Assembly (NCBI RefSeq): GCF_964204645.1
Contig: NC_134035.1
Coordinates: 744,001-808,000 of the forward strand
DNA from: Tubulanus polymorphus
Lineage: Eukaryota > Animalia > Nemertea
Length of the DNA: 64,000 nt
Direction of reading: 5' to 3'
The notes under the pieces are model-generated. The model was not told the DNA's origin and made no database searches. It saw nothing but the letters and a program-made list of their open reading frames with translations. Shown here piece after piece: positions 12,301 through 26,900 of this stretch. Positions within the stretch are counted from its first letter, which is position 1. Each line of letters opens with the position of its first letter. Both the position numbers and the translations under genes were made by a program.

Positions 12301-13540
12301 AATTAGACGACACACTGGTCGGTACTGTACGTGATAAGGACATTTAAATTCCGGCGGTAAATATGCGCTACTATTTTAGTTCACAGAAATTCCGCTATCG
12401 TAATTCATAGGGGCAGCACTGTACGGTAAATATCTAACTCAGCCTCGCTATCTTACTGTGGCATGCGAGCAATACAGATATTTTTCTTAGCCGAATTTCG
12501 TTGATTATCTAATACGATTCCATTGTATATGAATAATTCGACTATCGTTTAAGGTTTTTAGAAGGGGATCATCTTTCTAAAACGAATTTCAAACCGTTTT
12601 TGATAGAACTATTTTGTCTGCGGAATGTATTAGCATCCGGTAAAGCGCTAGGCTCACATGCCAAAGGAAGAATTTCAATCATATTAAATTTTATTCTCTA
12701 AAATAGTGCATTCAACTACCACTAACACTGTAACCAGAAATAATGCTCGGAAACTATTAAAGAAGAGTAAATTTGAATTCAAGTTCTCCCAATATTTGTT
12801 CGTTTGTTTGTTTATCCTCCCGGCGAGTTCTAACACTGCCAACACATATCTATCCAGTTCATCTGATCCTGATCATCAAACTCAAAAAGTCAATAATTCC
12901 ATCCTAATGATGAGAAACATCCTAAAAGATATAAATGAAACTTAATAGATTTGAGGCCACCAAACAGTAATACACAGTGTAAGAGTTAAGTCTAGTTACC
13001 GGTATATCAGAGAAATGGCAATCTAAGGTAGGCTACTACCCAAAATGAGTGTCGGGGTCAAATATTTTTTGTCTCCGATTTTGATGAAATTCCGGTTAGA
13101 CATGTATTCAGGGGTGCTGATCACAAATCTGAAAGAATTTTTAGGATCCGAGGCCCAGAAAATGAGAAATTCGATTTTTTTGGGGGACCCCTAAATTTTC
13201 AAAAGGCCTTGGACCCCAGAGTTTTCGAGATATTCAAAATCTGTTTGCAGATATGGAATCAGCACCCCTGACAATATAAATGACTGAAATTTCAAGCAAA
13301 TCGAAGAGATTCGATTTTTTGGCTAAAAATGGCAAAAATCTAAGGTGTTAGTCCAGGAGTTTTTTTTCGGCGAAAACTTTTTTTTCTCTGATTCCTTCGA
13401 AATTTGGTAGGAATATGTATTCTGAGGTGTAGATTCCGGATCCGCAATCAGATTTTGGATCGGCATTCATCTTCATGGGCAAATAAGGGTTTTAATGCCC
13501 AAAATATGCACCCCAAAAATGGGGTACAAAGTCAAAATTT
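6337..13540. repeat. Near-identical 3602-bp tandem duplication (6337-9938 / 9939-13540)
   Basis: Identical ORF translations occur at +3602. Only scattered differences were seen (e.g. CCAGA ~8263 vs CCGGA ~11865, and a few near the unit ends). Confidence 0.9.
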
Positions 13541-16500
13541 TTTTTTGGCCCAATTTTAATAAAATTTAGTGCAGACATGTTTTTTGGGGTGCTGGTTACA
13601 AATATGAGGTTAGATTTAGGATCCGAGGCTCCTAAAATGAGATATTCAGGATTTCGTGTTTTGACCCCCTTAATTTCGTCACAAATTTTGATGAAATTCG
13701 CCCGCGAAATTCGTTCCGAAAACGATTTTTATTCAATGATGTCAAATATTCAATTAATTTTTAAGGTAGAAATTGATTCTCTTACTAAAAACCCTGAATT
13801 ATACTTCCTGCAACACAATTACAGGCTGCTTCAAATAACCACATTGACAATTCTTATGAAATGCAGTGAACAGTGTTTACAGATAAACTGCTTTCTCATA
13901 ATTGTTTGGGAAACTTATTAGAAATTCTACTCACACACTCACTAGCCCTTGTCTAGCAGTAATGGTAGTCCACCGAGTTCCAAATCCACATACAGAGTTC
14001 AACACCTCCTGGAGTCCACCACTGACTGTTTTTTATGAGTATCAATCTAAATGGTCCTAAATGGACTAAATGGTCCGGTTAGTTCACATATAGTCGGGTT
14101 AGTTCACTAGTAGTCCCGAAGAAGTAAAACTGTGATAAATTTCAGTTGAAGTCCACCACGTCCAGTATTCGTGATGAAGTCTACTACACCACAGCCCGAC
14201 AGAGGAAAACCCGAAATACTAAAATTGAAATCACATTAACAGGGAGACTGACTGCGAGAAGTTGGGGGAGGATGGGGTGAGAGGTTGGGGAGGATGGGGT
14301 GAGAGGTTGAGGGAGGATGGGGTGAGAGGTTGGGGACAATGGGGTGATGAGGTGGGGTGAGGTTGGGGGAGGATGGGGTGAGAGGTCGAGGGAGGATGGG
14401 TGAAAAGGGGAGCAAAACAGTACAATTACTCTGACATAGTAGCCTAAAGGCTTCAGCAAAGGTTTTCAGCAGTTTTCAGTCCCCTGGTCACACTGGATTA
14501 ACAGATTCTCGTTTTTCACAAGAGCCCAGCCTGTGGCAGGGAGAAAGCCATTGTAACTAACTGGTCGAGTCAGGGCCTGGCCGGCCTCACTAACTAGTGT
14601 GTCGTGACGTGTTTGCGAAGTCAATTGGAGTGAGGTCCCCCCGTGCGTCCCTGAGGACATAAAATATGATGAATTCTTATCTTTTTACCCAATTCAAAAG
14701 TCGTACATTTAAAATCATCGTGGCTTTAAAGTCTTTATCAATTGAGAGAACAGTTCACTGTAAATAAAGAATTAGCGATTGAATTGAGCCCGCTCCACAG
14801 TAAAAATAGTGCGATCTAATCTTGACCATCTAGTGCTGCCCCTATGTATAACGATAGCGTGGAAAACGTGAACTAACATAATACTCGCTTGCCAGAGTCT
14901 TCGAACGGCAGGAGTGGACGAACTAATTACCGATTTGCGGGCCGGATTCCGAGGAAATTTCACAAACTCTGAAAACTGCTCTGAAACATCTGGCCAAACA
15001 ATTTTTCTATAAAAGAATAAGCCTTGAAAGAATAAATTTGAATCGGGGTATTTCTAGTATGGTCTGGGAGAGAGCGACAGGTGTTTGTATGTTCCCTGAT
15101 TATTTCTGCGCAATTAGAATATATCGAAGAAAAAATATGGACATTTTGTCAATTTTATCGTGCAAAAATGTAAACGAATAAGTTATTCTGTATATAAATA
15201 CTACATTAATTGATAGGTAAGTGAATTTTAGCTAAAAAGAATGAAATATGTTACCTAAAAAATTAGGAAATATCATACAAAATTCAGAACGTTTTCATAG
15301 TATCATATTCAATCAGAATTAGGCGCCACACTGGTCCGCATTGTACGTAATAAGGAAATTTAAATTCCGGCGGTAAATATGCGCCACTATTTTAGTTCAC
15401 AGAAATTCCGCTATCGTAATTCATAGGGGCAGCACTGTACGGTAGATATCTAACTCGGCCTCGCTATCTTACTGTGGAATGCGAGTAATAAAGATATTTT
15501 TCTTAGCCGAATTTCGTTCAATGTTTAATACGATTCCATTGTACATGAATAATTCTACTATCGTTTAAGGTTTTTTGAAGGGGATCATCCTTTTAAAACG
15601 AATTTCAAACCATTTTTGATAGAACTCTTTTGTCAGCGGAATGTATTAGCATCCGGTAAAGCGATAGGCTCACATGCCAAAGGAAGAATTCTGAGCAAAT
15701 TAAATTTTATTCTCTAAAATAGTGCATTCAACTACCACGAACACTGGAACCAGAAAAAATGCTCTGAAACTATTAAAGGAACAACTTTCTATGAAAGAAT
15801 TAGGCTTAAGAGTAAATTTGAATCGGGGATATTCCTAGTTTCGTCTGGGAGAGAACAACAGGTTCTAGATGCCACGCAGTTTTTTTTCCAGTTGCCCTGT
15901 TTTTAGTTCAAAAGCAAATCGGTAGTGTCACATATTTAGTCCTCGTAAAGTTCACTATAACTGAAGTCAAGTTCTCCCAATATGTGTTTGATTGTTTGTT
16001 TATCCTCTCGGTGAGTTCTAACGCTGCCAACATCCAGTTCGATGTAGTCCTGATCAACAAACAAAAATGTCAATATATAGTTCCTAATGATGACAAACAT
16101 CCTAAAAACAGACATGACAGTCATTTTGGCCAAATTTTCATCTTCAGGAAATATGTGGTAATGTATTCTGATGGTGAAGAGTAAGAAGTGAATGGTGATA
16201 GCCCTCAGTCGGCTGAGAAATACTGTTACGCCAAACAGGAAAAAGGCTCGTGGCTCCAGTTAGTCGAGCGCGACGAGATATGTCTCAAATATATGCACCT
16301 CCAACGCCTTGCGCCTCCAACCTGAAAAATATGATGTAGAAATTTGCAAGTCTTACTTGCAAATTCATGAATTCAGTCGATTCTAAAAATTTGCTTACGA
16401 AACGACTGTAGGAGAGTCTACAGTTATTGGGCAAGCGAAGCAGACACTTGCACGAAATATGAAAAGTTCTCCCCTTAAAACTCCTTATATCCCGGTATGA

Positions 16501-19500
16501 CCGGTCTGTAATAACTGCCCGAATAAAATCAAAATCTTCAATGCGAAACTCTATGCGATTCAACAAACAAAATACAAGAAATGAACATAATATAATTTAT
16601 TTTCGATAATTAAAATTGATGAATACATATTCTCATAATTGTTTTGGAAACTTATAAGAAATTCTACTCACACACTCACTAGCCCTTGTCTAGCAGTAAT
16701 GGTAGTCACCGAGTTCCACAAATCCACATACACCTCCTGGAGTCCACCACTGACTGTTTTTTTATCCACTTATAGTCCGGTTAGTTGACTAAATAGTCAC
16801 TAATAGCCCGGTTAGTTGACTAGTAGTCCAGTTAGTTCACTAGTAGTCCGGAAGAAGTTGACTGAAGAAGTAAAACTGTGATGAATTTCACTTGAAGTCC
16901 ACCACGTCCAGTATTTGTGATGAAGTTTACACGACAGCCCGACAGAGGAAAACCTGAAATATAAAATTGAAATCACATTAACAGGAAGACTGACTGAGAA
17001 GTTGGGGGAGGATGGGGTGAGAGGTTGAGGGACAATGGGATGAGAGGTCGGGGGAGGATGTGGTGAGAGGTTGAGGGACAATGGGATGAGAGGTTGGGGG
17101 AGGATGGGGTGAGAGGTTGAGGGAGTATGGGATGAGAGGTTGGGGAGGATGGGGTAAGAGGTTGAGGGAGGATGGGGTGAGAGGTTGGGGAGGATGGGAT
17201 GAGAGGTTGAGAAAGGATGGGGTGAGAGGTTGGGGAGGGTGGGTTGAGAGGTTGCGGGAGGGTGGGGTGAGAGGTTGGGGAGGATGGGTGAAAAGGGAAG
17301 CAAAACAGCACAATAACTCAGGCTTAAGCAAAAGTTTTCAGCAGTTTTCAGTTCGGCACTGGATTAACAGATTCTCGTTTTACACAAGAAAGAGCCCAGC
17401 CTGTGGCAGTGGGAGAAAGCTGGTGTAACTAACTGGTCGAGTCAGCTGGTCTTAACCTGCTGAACAAGATGTGGTGCCGGAGGAAGTTGAAGAACAGTTC
17501 ATCAAGATTTGTGAAACTATCGCCTGCTGCACCATGTGCAATGCAAGCGGCTAGGGTAGTGCGGCCCGTGTAGGCTAGAAAGTGGTTTTTGACACCGAGT
17601 GAGGTCCCTGTTAGCCTAGCACCTAGCCGTCGTTCCCTAAACAACCCAGAACCCGTAGTAACGACGACTGACTGATTCAGACTAAATTTGAGTAGGTCGC
17701 GGCCTCCGCTGACTGTCGTGAAGTGTCTGCGAAGTCACTGACACTGGAGTGAGGTCCCCCTAAACTGTGTGTACCTGAGGACATGAACATGAAATATCAT
17801 GTATGAATTTTTATCTTTTTTACCAATATCAAAATTCGTACATTTAGAATCATCGCGGCTTTAAAGTCTTTATCAATTGAGGGAATAGTTCACTGTAAAT
17901 AAAGATTTAGCGATTGAATTGAGCCCGCTCCACAGTAAAATAGCGCGATTAATTCAATCTCGACCGTCTAGTGCTGCCGCTATGTATAACGATAGCGTGG
18001 AAAATGTGAACTAACATAATACTCGCTTGCCAGAGTCTTCGAACGGCAGGAGTGGACGAACTATTTACCGATTTGCGGGCCGGATTCCGAGGAAAATTCT
18101 CAAACTCTGAAAACTGCTCTAAACGTTCGAACCAAACAATTTTTCTATAAGAGAATGAGCCTTAAAAGAGTTAATTTGAATCGGGGTATTTCTAGTATGG
18201 TCTGGGAGAGAGCGACAGGTGTTTGTAAGTTCCCTGTTTATTTGCGCGCAAATAGAATATAATCGAAGAAAAAATATGGACATTTTGTCAATTCTGATGA
18301 TAAATTATCATTAAAAAATGAAAATGAATAATTTATTCTGTATACAAATACTATATTAATTGATAAGTAAGTAAATTTTAGCTAAAAAAAATTAGATATG
18401 TTACCTAAAAATAAGGAAATATCATACAAAATTCAGAACGTATTCATAGTATCATATTTAATCAGAATTAGACGACACACTGGTCGGTACTGTACGTAAT
18501 AAGGACATTTAAATTCCGGCGGTAAATATGCGCTACTATTTTAGTTCACAGAAATTCCGCTATCGTTATTCATAGGAGCAGCACTGTACGGTAAATATCT
18601 AACTCAGCCTCGCTATCTTACTGTGGCATGCGAGCAATACAGATATTTTTCTTAGCCGAATTTCGTTGATTATCTAATACGATTCCATTGTATATGAATA
18701 ATTCGACTATCGTTTAAGGTTTTCAGAAGGGGATCATCTTTCTAAAACGAATTTCAAACCGTTTTTGATAGAACTATTTTGTCTGCGGAATGTATTAGCA
18801 TCCAGTAAAGCGCTAGGCTCACATGCCAAAGGAAGAATTTCAATCAAATTATATTTTATTCTCTAAAATAGTGCATTCAACTACCACTAACACTGTAACC
18901 AGAAATAATGCTCGGAAACTATTAAAGAAGAGTAAATTTGAATTCAAGTTCTCCCAATATTTGTTCGTTTGTTTGTTTATCCTCCCGGTGAGGTCTAACA
19001 CTGCCAACACATATTTATCCAGTTCATCTGATCCTGATCATCAAACTCAAAAAGTCAATAATTCCATCCTAATGATGAGAAACATCCTAAAAGATATAAA
19101 TGAAACTTAATAGATTTGAGTCCACCAAACAGTAATACACAGTGTAAGAGTTAAGTCTAGTTACCGGTATATCAGAGAAATGGCAATCTAAGGTAGGCTA
19201 CTACCCAAGATGAGTGTCGGGGTCAAATATTTTTTGTCTCCGATTTTGATGAAATTCCGGTTAGACATGTATTCTGGGGTGCTGATCACAAATCTGAAAG
19301 AATTTTTAGGATCCGAGGCCCAGAAAATGAGAAATTCGAGGACCCCTAAATTTTCAAAAGGCCTTGGACCCCAGAGTTTTCGAGATATTCAAAATCTGAT
19401 TGCAGATTTGGAATCAGCACCCCTGACAATATAAATGACTGAAATTTCAAGCAAATCGAAGAGATTCGATTTTTTGGCTAAAAATGGCAAAAATCTAAGG

Positions 19501-22500
19501 TGTTAGTCCAGGAGTTTTTTTTCGGCGAAAACTTTTTTTTCTCTGATTCCTTCGAAATTTGGTAGGAATATGTATTCTGAGGTGTAGATTCCGGATCCGC
19601 AATCAGATTTTGAATCGGCATTCATCTTCATGGGCAAATAAGGGTTTTAATGCCCAAAATATGCACCCCAAAAATGGGGTACAAAGTCAAAATATTTTTT
19701 TGGCCCAATTTTAATAAAATTTAGTGCAGACATGTTTTTTGGGGTGCTGGTTACAAATATGAGGTTAGATTTAGGATCCGAGGCTCCTAAAATGAGATAT
19801 TCAGGATTTCGTGTTTTGACCCCCTTAATTTCGTCACAAATTTTGATGAAATTCGCCCGCGAAATTCGTTCCGAAAACGATTTTTATTCAATGATGTCAA
19901 ATATTCAATTAATTTTTAAGGTAGAAATTGATTCTCTTACTAAAAACCCTGAATTATAATTCCTGCAACACAATTACAGGCTGCTTCAAATAACCACATT
20001 GACAATTCTTATGAAATGCAGTGAACAGTGTTTACAGATAAACTGCTTTCTCATAATTGTTTGGGAAACTTTTAAGAAATTCTACTCACACACTCACTAG
20101 CCCTTGTCTAGCAGTAATGGTAGTCCACCGAGTTCCACAAATCCACATACAGAGTTCAACACCTCCTGGAGTCCACCACTGACTGTTTTTTATGAGTATC
20201 AATCTAAATGGTCCTAAATGGACTAAATGGTCCGGTTAGTTCACATATAGTCGGGTTAGTTCACTAGTAGTCCCGAAGAAGTAAAACTGTGATAAATTTC
20301 AGTTGAAGTCCACCACGTCCAGTATTCGTGATGAAGTCTACTACACCACAGCCCGACAGAGGAAAACCTGAAATACTAAAATTGAAATCACATTAACAGG
20401 GAGACTGACTGCGAGAAGTTGGGGGAGGATGGGGTGAGAGGTTGGGGAGGATGGGGTGAGAGGTTGAGGGAGGATGGGGTGAGAGGTTGGGGGAGGATGG
20501 GGTGAGAGGTCGAGGGAGGATGGGTGAAAAGGGGAGCAAAACAGTACAATTACTCTGACATAGTAGCCTAAAGGCTTCAGCAAAGGTTTTCAGCAGTTTT
20601 CAGTCCCCTGGTCACACTGGATTAACAGATTCTCGTTTTTCACAAGAGCCCAGCCTGTGGCAGGGAGAAAGCCATTGTAACTAACTGGTCGAGTCAGGGC
20701 CTGGCCGGCCTCACTAGTGTGTCGTGACGTGTTTGCGAAGTCAATTGGAGTGAGGTCCCCCTGTGCGTCCCTGAGGACATAAAATATGATGAATTCTTAT
20801 CTTTTTACCCAATTCAAAAGTCGTACATTTAAAATCATCGTGGCTTTAAAGTCTTTATCAATTGAGAGAATAGTTCACTGTAAATAAAGAATTAGCGATT
20901 GAATTGAGCCCGCTCCACAGTAAAAATAGTGCGATCTAATCTTGACCATCTAGTGCTGCCCCTATGTATAACGATAGCGTGGAAAACGTGAACTAACATA
21001 ATACTCGCTTGCCAGCGTCTTCGAACGGCAGGAGTGGACGAACTAATTACCGATTTGCGGGCCGGATTCCGAGGAAATTTCTCAAACTCTGAAAACTGCT
21101 CTGAAACGTCTGGCCAAACAATATTTCTATAAAAGAATAAGCCTTGAAAGAATAAATTTGAATCGGGGTATTTCTAGTATGGTCGGGGAGAGAGCGACAG
21201 GTGTTTGTATGTTCCCTGATTATTTCTGCGCAATTAGAATATATCGAAGAAAAAATATGGACATTTTGTCAATTTTATCATGCAAAAATGTAAATGAATA
21301 AGTTATTCTGTATATAAATACTACATTAATTGATAGGTAAGTGAATTTTAGCTAAAAAGAATTAAATATGTTACCTAAAAAATTAGGAAATATCATACAA
21401 AATTCAGAACGTTTTCATAGTATCATATTCAATCAGAATTAGGCGCCACACTGGTCCGTATTGTACGTAATAAGGAAATTTAAATTCCGGCGGTAAATAT
21501 GCGCCACTATTTTAGTTCACAGAAATTCCGCTATCGTAATTCATAGGGGCAGCACTGTACGGTAGATATCTAACTCGGCCTCGCTATCTTACTGTGGAAT
21601 GCGAGTAATAAAGATATTTTTCTTAGCCGAATTTCGTTCAATGTTTAATACGATTCCATTGTATATGAATAATTCTACTATCGTTCAAGGTTTTTTTGAA
21701 GGGATCATCCTTTTAAAACGAATTTCAAACCATTTTTGATAGAACTCTTTTGTCAGCGGAATGTATTAGCATCCGGTAAAGCGATAGGCTCACATGCCAA
21801 AGGAAGAATTCTGAGCAAATTAAATTTTATTCTCTAAAATAGTGCATTCAACTACCACTAACACTGTAACCAGAAAAAATGCTTTGAAACTATAAAGGAA
21901 CAACTTTCTATGAAAGAATTAGGCTTAAGAGTAAATTTGAATCGGGGATATTCCTAGTTTCGTCTGGGAGAGAACAACAGGTTCTAGATGCCACGCAGTT
22001 TTTTTTCCAGTTGCCCTGTTTTTAGTTCAAAAGCAAATCGGTAGTGTCACATATTTAGTCCTCGTAAAGTTCACTATAACTGAAGTCAAGTTCTCCCAAT
22101 ATGTGTTCGATTGTTTGTTTATCCTCTCGGTGAGTTCTAACGCTGCCAACTTCCAGTTCGATGTAGTCCTGATCAACTAACAAAAATGTCAATATATACT
22201 ATAGTTCCTAATGATGACAAACATCCTAAAAACAGACATGACAGTCATTTTGGCCAAATTTTCATCTTCAGGAAATATGTGGTAACGTATTCTGATGGTG
22301 AAGAGTAAGAAGTGAATGGTGATAGCCCTCAGTCGGCTGAGAAATACTGTTACGCCAAACAGGAAAAAGGCTTGTGGACAGTTAGTCGAGAGCGACAAGA
22401 AATTTTGTTCAAATATATGCACCTCCTACGCCTTGCGCCTCCAACCTGAAAAATATGATGTAGAAATTTGCAAGTCTTACTTGCAAATTCATGAATTCAG

Positions 22501-23985
22501 TCGATTCTAAAAAATTTGCTTACGAAACGACTGTAGGAGAGTCTACAGTTATTGGGCAAGCGCAAGCGAAGCAGACACTTGCTCGAAATATGAAAAGTTC
22601 TCCCCTTAAAACTCCTTATATCCCGGTATGACCGGTCTGTAGGAACTGCCCGAATAAAATCAAAATCTTAAATGCGAAACTCTGCAATTCAACAAAATAC
22701 AAGAAATGAACATAATATAATTTATTTTCACAAATTAAAATTGATGAATACATTAAGCGTCAATGATATAAGACATAACTTAAAATAGATAAGTTTGTCA
22801 TAACATTAAAAAGCAACTGGTACTTTACGACAATAGAAATAAAGGACGTCAAGTGAAGGTATTTAAATCTCTGCTGGCTCCTAGCGCAAATAAAATCGAA
22901 ATAACAAAATAATCGTAATTATCATCATTGTAAAGTTGAATGTAAAAGCGTAAATACAGAAACACATAATATCTGATATCGTTTAATGGAAATTAGGTCA
23001 GTAATGAATCTTACAAATAGTAAATAAGTTCGAGAGATGAATCTTACAAAGCCATTTATCCAAAAGCAAAGCATACATGATGTACGTCATTCCTAGTCAA
23101 AGCTGCATTAAGCATCTCCACGACGAAGGCACCGGAACCGCAAAACTATACGTCTATTTTCCCTGTTTCCACTCAATTCTATGAGCCATGTTTGAAAAAA
23201 ATATGTTTGGAAAATAATTGTTTCAGTTTCGAGAATGGCAGCTAGAATTGAGTCGAAACATCGCTAGTCTTTCATTTTTTCATCATAATTGTGGTTTTTT
23301 TTTCAATTGATTGATAGGTACAGGCACTTGTCAATGGATACCAACAATCAAAGTCAGTTCAAATTGTCGTAGATACGAAGATCATTATTACATTGACGAC
23401 TTGATTTGGCAAAAGGCTACATCGGGATTTGAAAAATAAGAGATGAATTAAGCAATGCGACCATTTTGTTTTCACTGTAGTAAATTGAGTTATCATAAAA
23501 AATATCACATTAAACAAACTAATTCTAATCTAATTATCATAACAAAAGCGCATTAAATAAATTGATGAAAAAAGTTTTGATTCAATGAAAAATATAAATG
23601 TATCAATATAAGGACTAGTTAAAAGCAAAATTAGCACCATCACAAATACTAAGACTAATAGTACAATATCTATATATATTATCTTCCAGCGTGTATATCT
23701 GAATAATACATACTGGCATACATTAAAACAGTAGACTCAAGTCTTACTTGCAACTCATTAAATCCGTCAAGTCGGTGAATATTTTACAACCTTCTATATC
23801 CCTGATTCCGAACATCGGTGAAATGTTTACAAAGTAACACAGAGTTTACCATCTGAATACAAAATAAATTTTCTTCACAAAATAATTTGGGTGTAAATTT
23901 CAGATGAAATAATAATGGAATTATTTATTAGTTTTTTTTTCAGCTGTATTTTTCACTGTAAGGTTCAGTTTCGGAGCGGAACGCG

Positions 23986-26900
23986 TCAGTCAGCAGCAGT
24001 AGTGATCTCGACTTCAGACTGATCTATAGCTGTGGAATTATCAATCTGCTTCCCATTCTGTTCCTGCTCCTGCTGCGATTCCTCCTTCTGTGGCTCCTCA
24101 TTCTGCTCCTGCTCTTGTTCGGGCTTCTGCTCCTGCTCCTGATCAGGCTCTGGTTTCTGATCTTGCTCAGCCGCCTGCTCCTCCTGCGCATTCTGCTCCT
24201 CCGTAGTTGCGGTATTTTCTGTCTGTTTCGTTTCTGTTAATTCAATGAATCTGAAATAAAACAAACGAAAATCATCATCGATCTCAAATAAATCTTCATA
24301 ATTCCAATGAATATTTTTATCATAGATCGATGCTTGAATCGATATACATTCAAACCAGTTTTACTGAACATAATTTTATTGGACGATGAACTAAATTTTT
24401 GCACAATCAGGAATATGAAAACTGAGTGTGGCAGAAACCAAATAAATGGCCGTTAGATGCTCACTTTGAACCTGATTTCAGTTATTCTCACTGTCAAATA
24501 TAGATAGTTAATTACAAAGAAATCAAAGACCGAATTGGAACAAATGGCGATGGATGCGCGCTCAAATTCATAGAAAGACAAAATCTAGTTTTGTCAGGAA
24601 TTTATCTGCAATTTTTGGCGAGTTCTTCAATTTTCACTAACCTAAAGTCACATTCAATACCTATCACGATAAGTTGGTGCTATTCCTTGAAAAAGATTCG
24701 TCATCGTTATTTCCCATATCTAATGAACCCCGGAGGAATTCGAGGGTCAAATTTACCTTTCTAAAATCCCGTCGAGCCACGTTTTGTGCAACAGTTGATT
24801 AAGCCACGATTTCGGAAACGCTTTCAATCCGAGTTTACAACCTAACAGCGCTCCGGCGACCGCTCCGTTCGTGTCGGCGTCGCCGCCTTCGAATAAAACC
24901 GCTTCCAGCGCCGTGCGAAAATTCGTCTGTCTAAATGCCCAGAAACCGGCGCCCATCGTTTTCAACGTGTAACCGATTTTCTGCTCCTCGCCGAGTTGTA
25001 GGTCGGATATCGACTCGGCGAACATGTGTCGACGAAATTCTGTTACAAACTCCTACAACACGATATTTGAATTATGTATTAAATGTTGACTTGTACAGTA
25101 GCATTGTTGGTACTGCCGTAAATATTTCACTGAGTTGAGAATCAGGGAACTCGGAAGCTTTGGGACTGCAGTCAATATTTCACTGAATCAAGGCTATAAC
25201 TCCGTAGCATTGGGACTGCCGTAGATATTTCACCGAGTTGAGAATCAGGAAATTCGGTAGTCACACTATTTCCGTGTTGTGGCGAACTACAGTAAACTGG
25301 ACCGTACTTGATGTCATTGGACTCATATATATTTCACTGAGTTGTGAATGAGACGAATAAAAGGTTTTTCGAAATGAATTTTTAATTAATTCAGTGCACG
25401 TCGACCGGCGGATACTCAGGAGGAATCTATTATATATAATTGTGACTGATTCTACTAAGTCAAATTTATCATTATCATCAATTCGACGTTTGAAGGAAAT
25501 TTCTTAGTAAAACATACCTCATCCTGGGAGCCCTCCGCGTTAACCAGATATTTCTTCGCGTGCTCAAAACTTTCCTCCATGATTTTATCGGCATCGTGTC
25601 GCCCGGTCTCATCGACGTGCTTGCGTTGTAACATTTGCGCTATCGCGGTCGTCACCGCAACGCAGCTTGCCTGACACCTGAGGAAGTAAAGATAGAATTC
25701 AGAATGAACGGAATTTCAACGACTCAACCGCAACGCGGTATCGCTGTATTTCATTTACCTCGGGTCGGCGTGCGTCACTTTGCAAAACGACAAAGTATTA
25801 CGGATTACAGCTTCGATATCGTTGAACCTATAAACACCAGCGACCGATGTCCTCATGACACCGCCGTTAGGAGCTACACGTCGATTACTTCTTTCCCAAA
25901 CTTGTTCCGCAGCCTATAACAGATATAAAACAGATCGGTATCAGCATTTACACAACAGTCCTTCCCGACAAATTTGGTTAAATTTCTAATATAGCTAAGA
26001 GATTACTACATGTAATGTGTTGCCGCATAACTTGCAAATCAAAACTTTGACAAGGCCAAACCGTTACAATGAGTATGCATCAGGAAATCTCAGGACAAAT
26101 CATTGTAAGTTTTAAAAGACTATAAAGATTACTGTATTATTACTAATGTACAGTTAAGGCTTGTATGATTTGCCATCAAATATACTAAAGATAAAATTGA
26201 AAATACAAATAATGCCCGAAAAAGGTGTAAATGAATTACGAATAATATGACTCATTCCTTTTTTAGAAAGTAATGCCTGCGTACAAATAATTGAAGTCTA
26301 AATAGACTTGATATTGAATTCGACTCAGTTAGGCGAAATTTAGAGTTACAAAGTCAACTGCCAGAAGTGATTAATTCGCGCACATATTTCATTTTAAACA
26401 GCGTACATGTAGTTGAGAAATCAGATACGCCAAATGTTGAGTAGCTGGTTGGAACGTAGCCAACTTTAATGGCAGACGTTACAACAATTTATCTACATGA
26501 TGGCAATAGTATGAGTTATCTGGTAGCCTCAATAAGGGCAGAACCGCATTCCACATTTTTAAAGTCCGACTAAAGTCCCAAATGGGCAAAAAAATACCAA
26601 AATGAACTTAAACACTGCCGGTACATACCGCATGCGGATCTTCTAAGAATTTCTCATGGGTTAGGACTTGCACCGTTGTAGTTCCGATGCCCATACCTCC
26701 TTTATCTCCCAACTCTTCAAATCCGTGTTGTTGCCAATCCTTAAGCTTTTTAGAATAATCGACGACATTCACCTGCAATCGGTCAATAATAAAAATGGTA
26801 AAGCAAACGTATAAACGATTTCCAATTTTGAGCATTCTAGAGAATTAGCCAACATTCAATCATTATCAGATTATTACAGATCTAGGAAATTTGTACAGGC

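Larger units (their letters stand above)
2075..22752. repeat. Macrosatellite: six ~3-4 kb composite units in head-to-tail array with higher-order duplications
   Basis: The same blocks recur in the same order and orientation six times. ORF-track copies are offset by 3602 (6998/10600, 8181/11783, 9104/12706) and 6155 (13577/19732). Confidence 0.95.

Noticed and set aside
3628-20583. Pro/His/Ser-rich ORFs and other repeated ORFs in the array
   Set aside because: These are translations of C-rich repeat strands, open in several frames, with frameshifts and stops differing between units.
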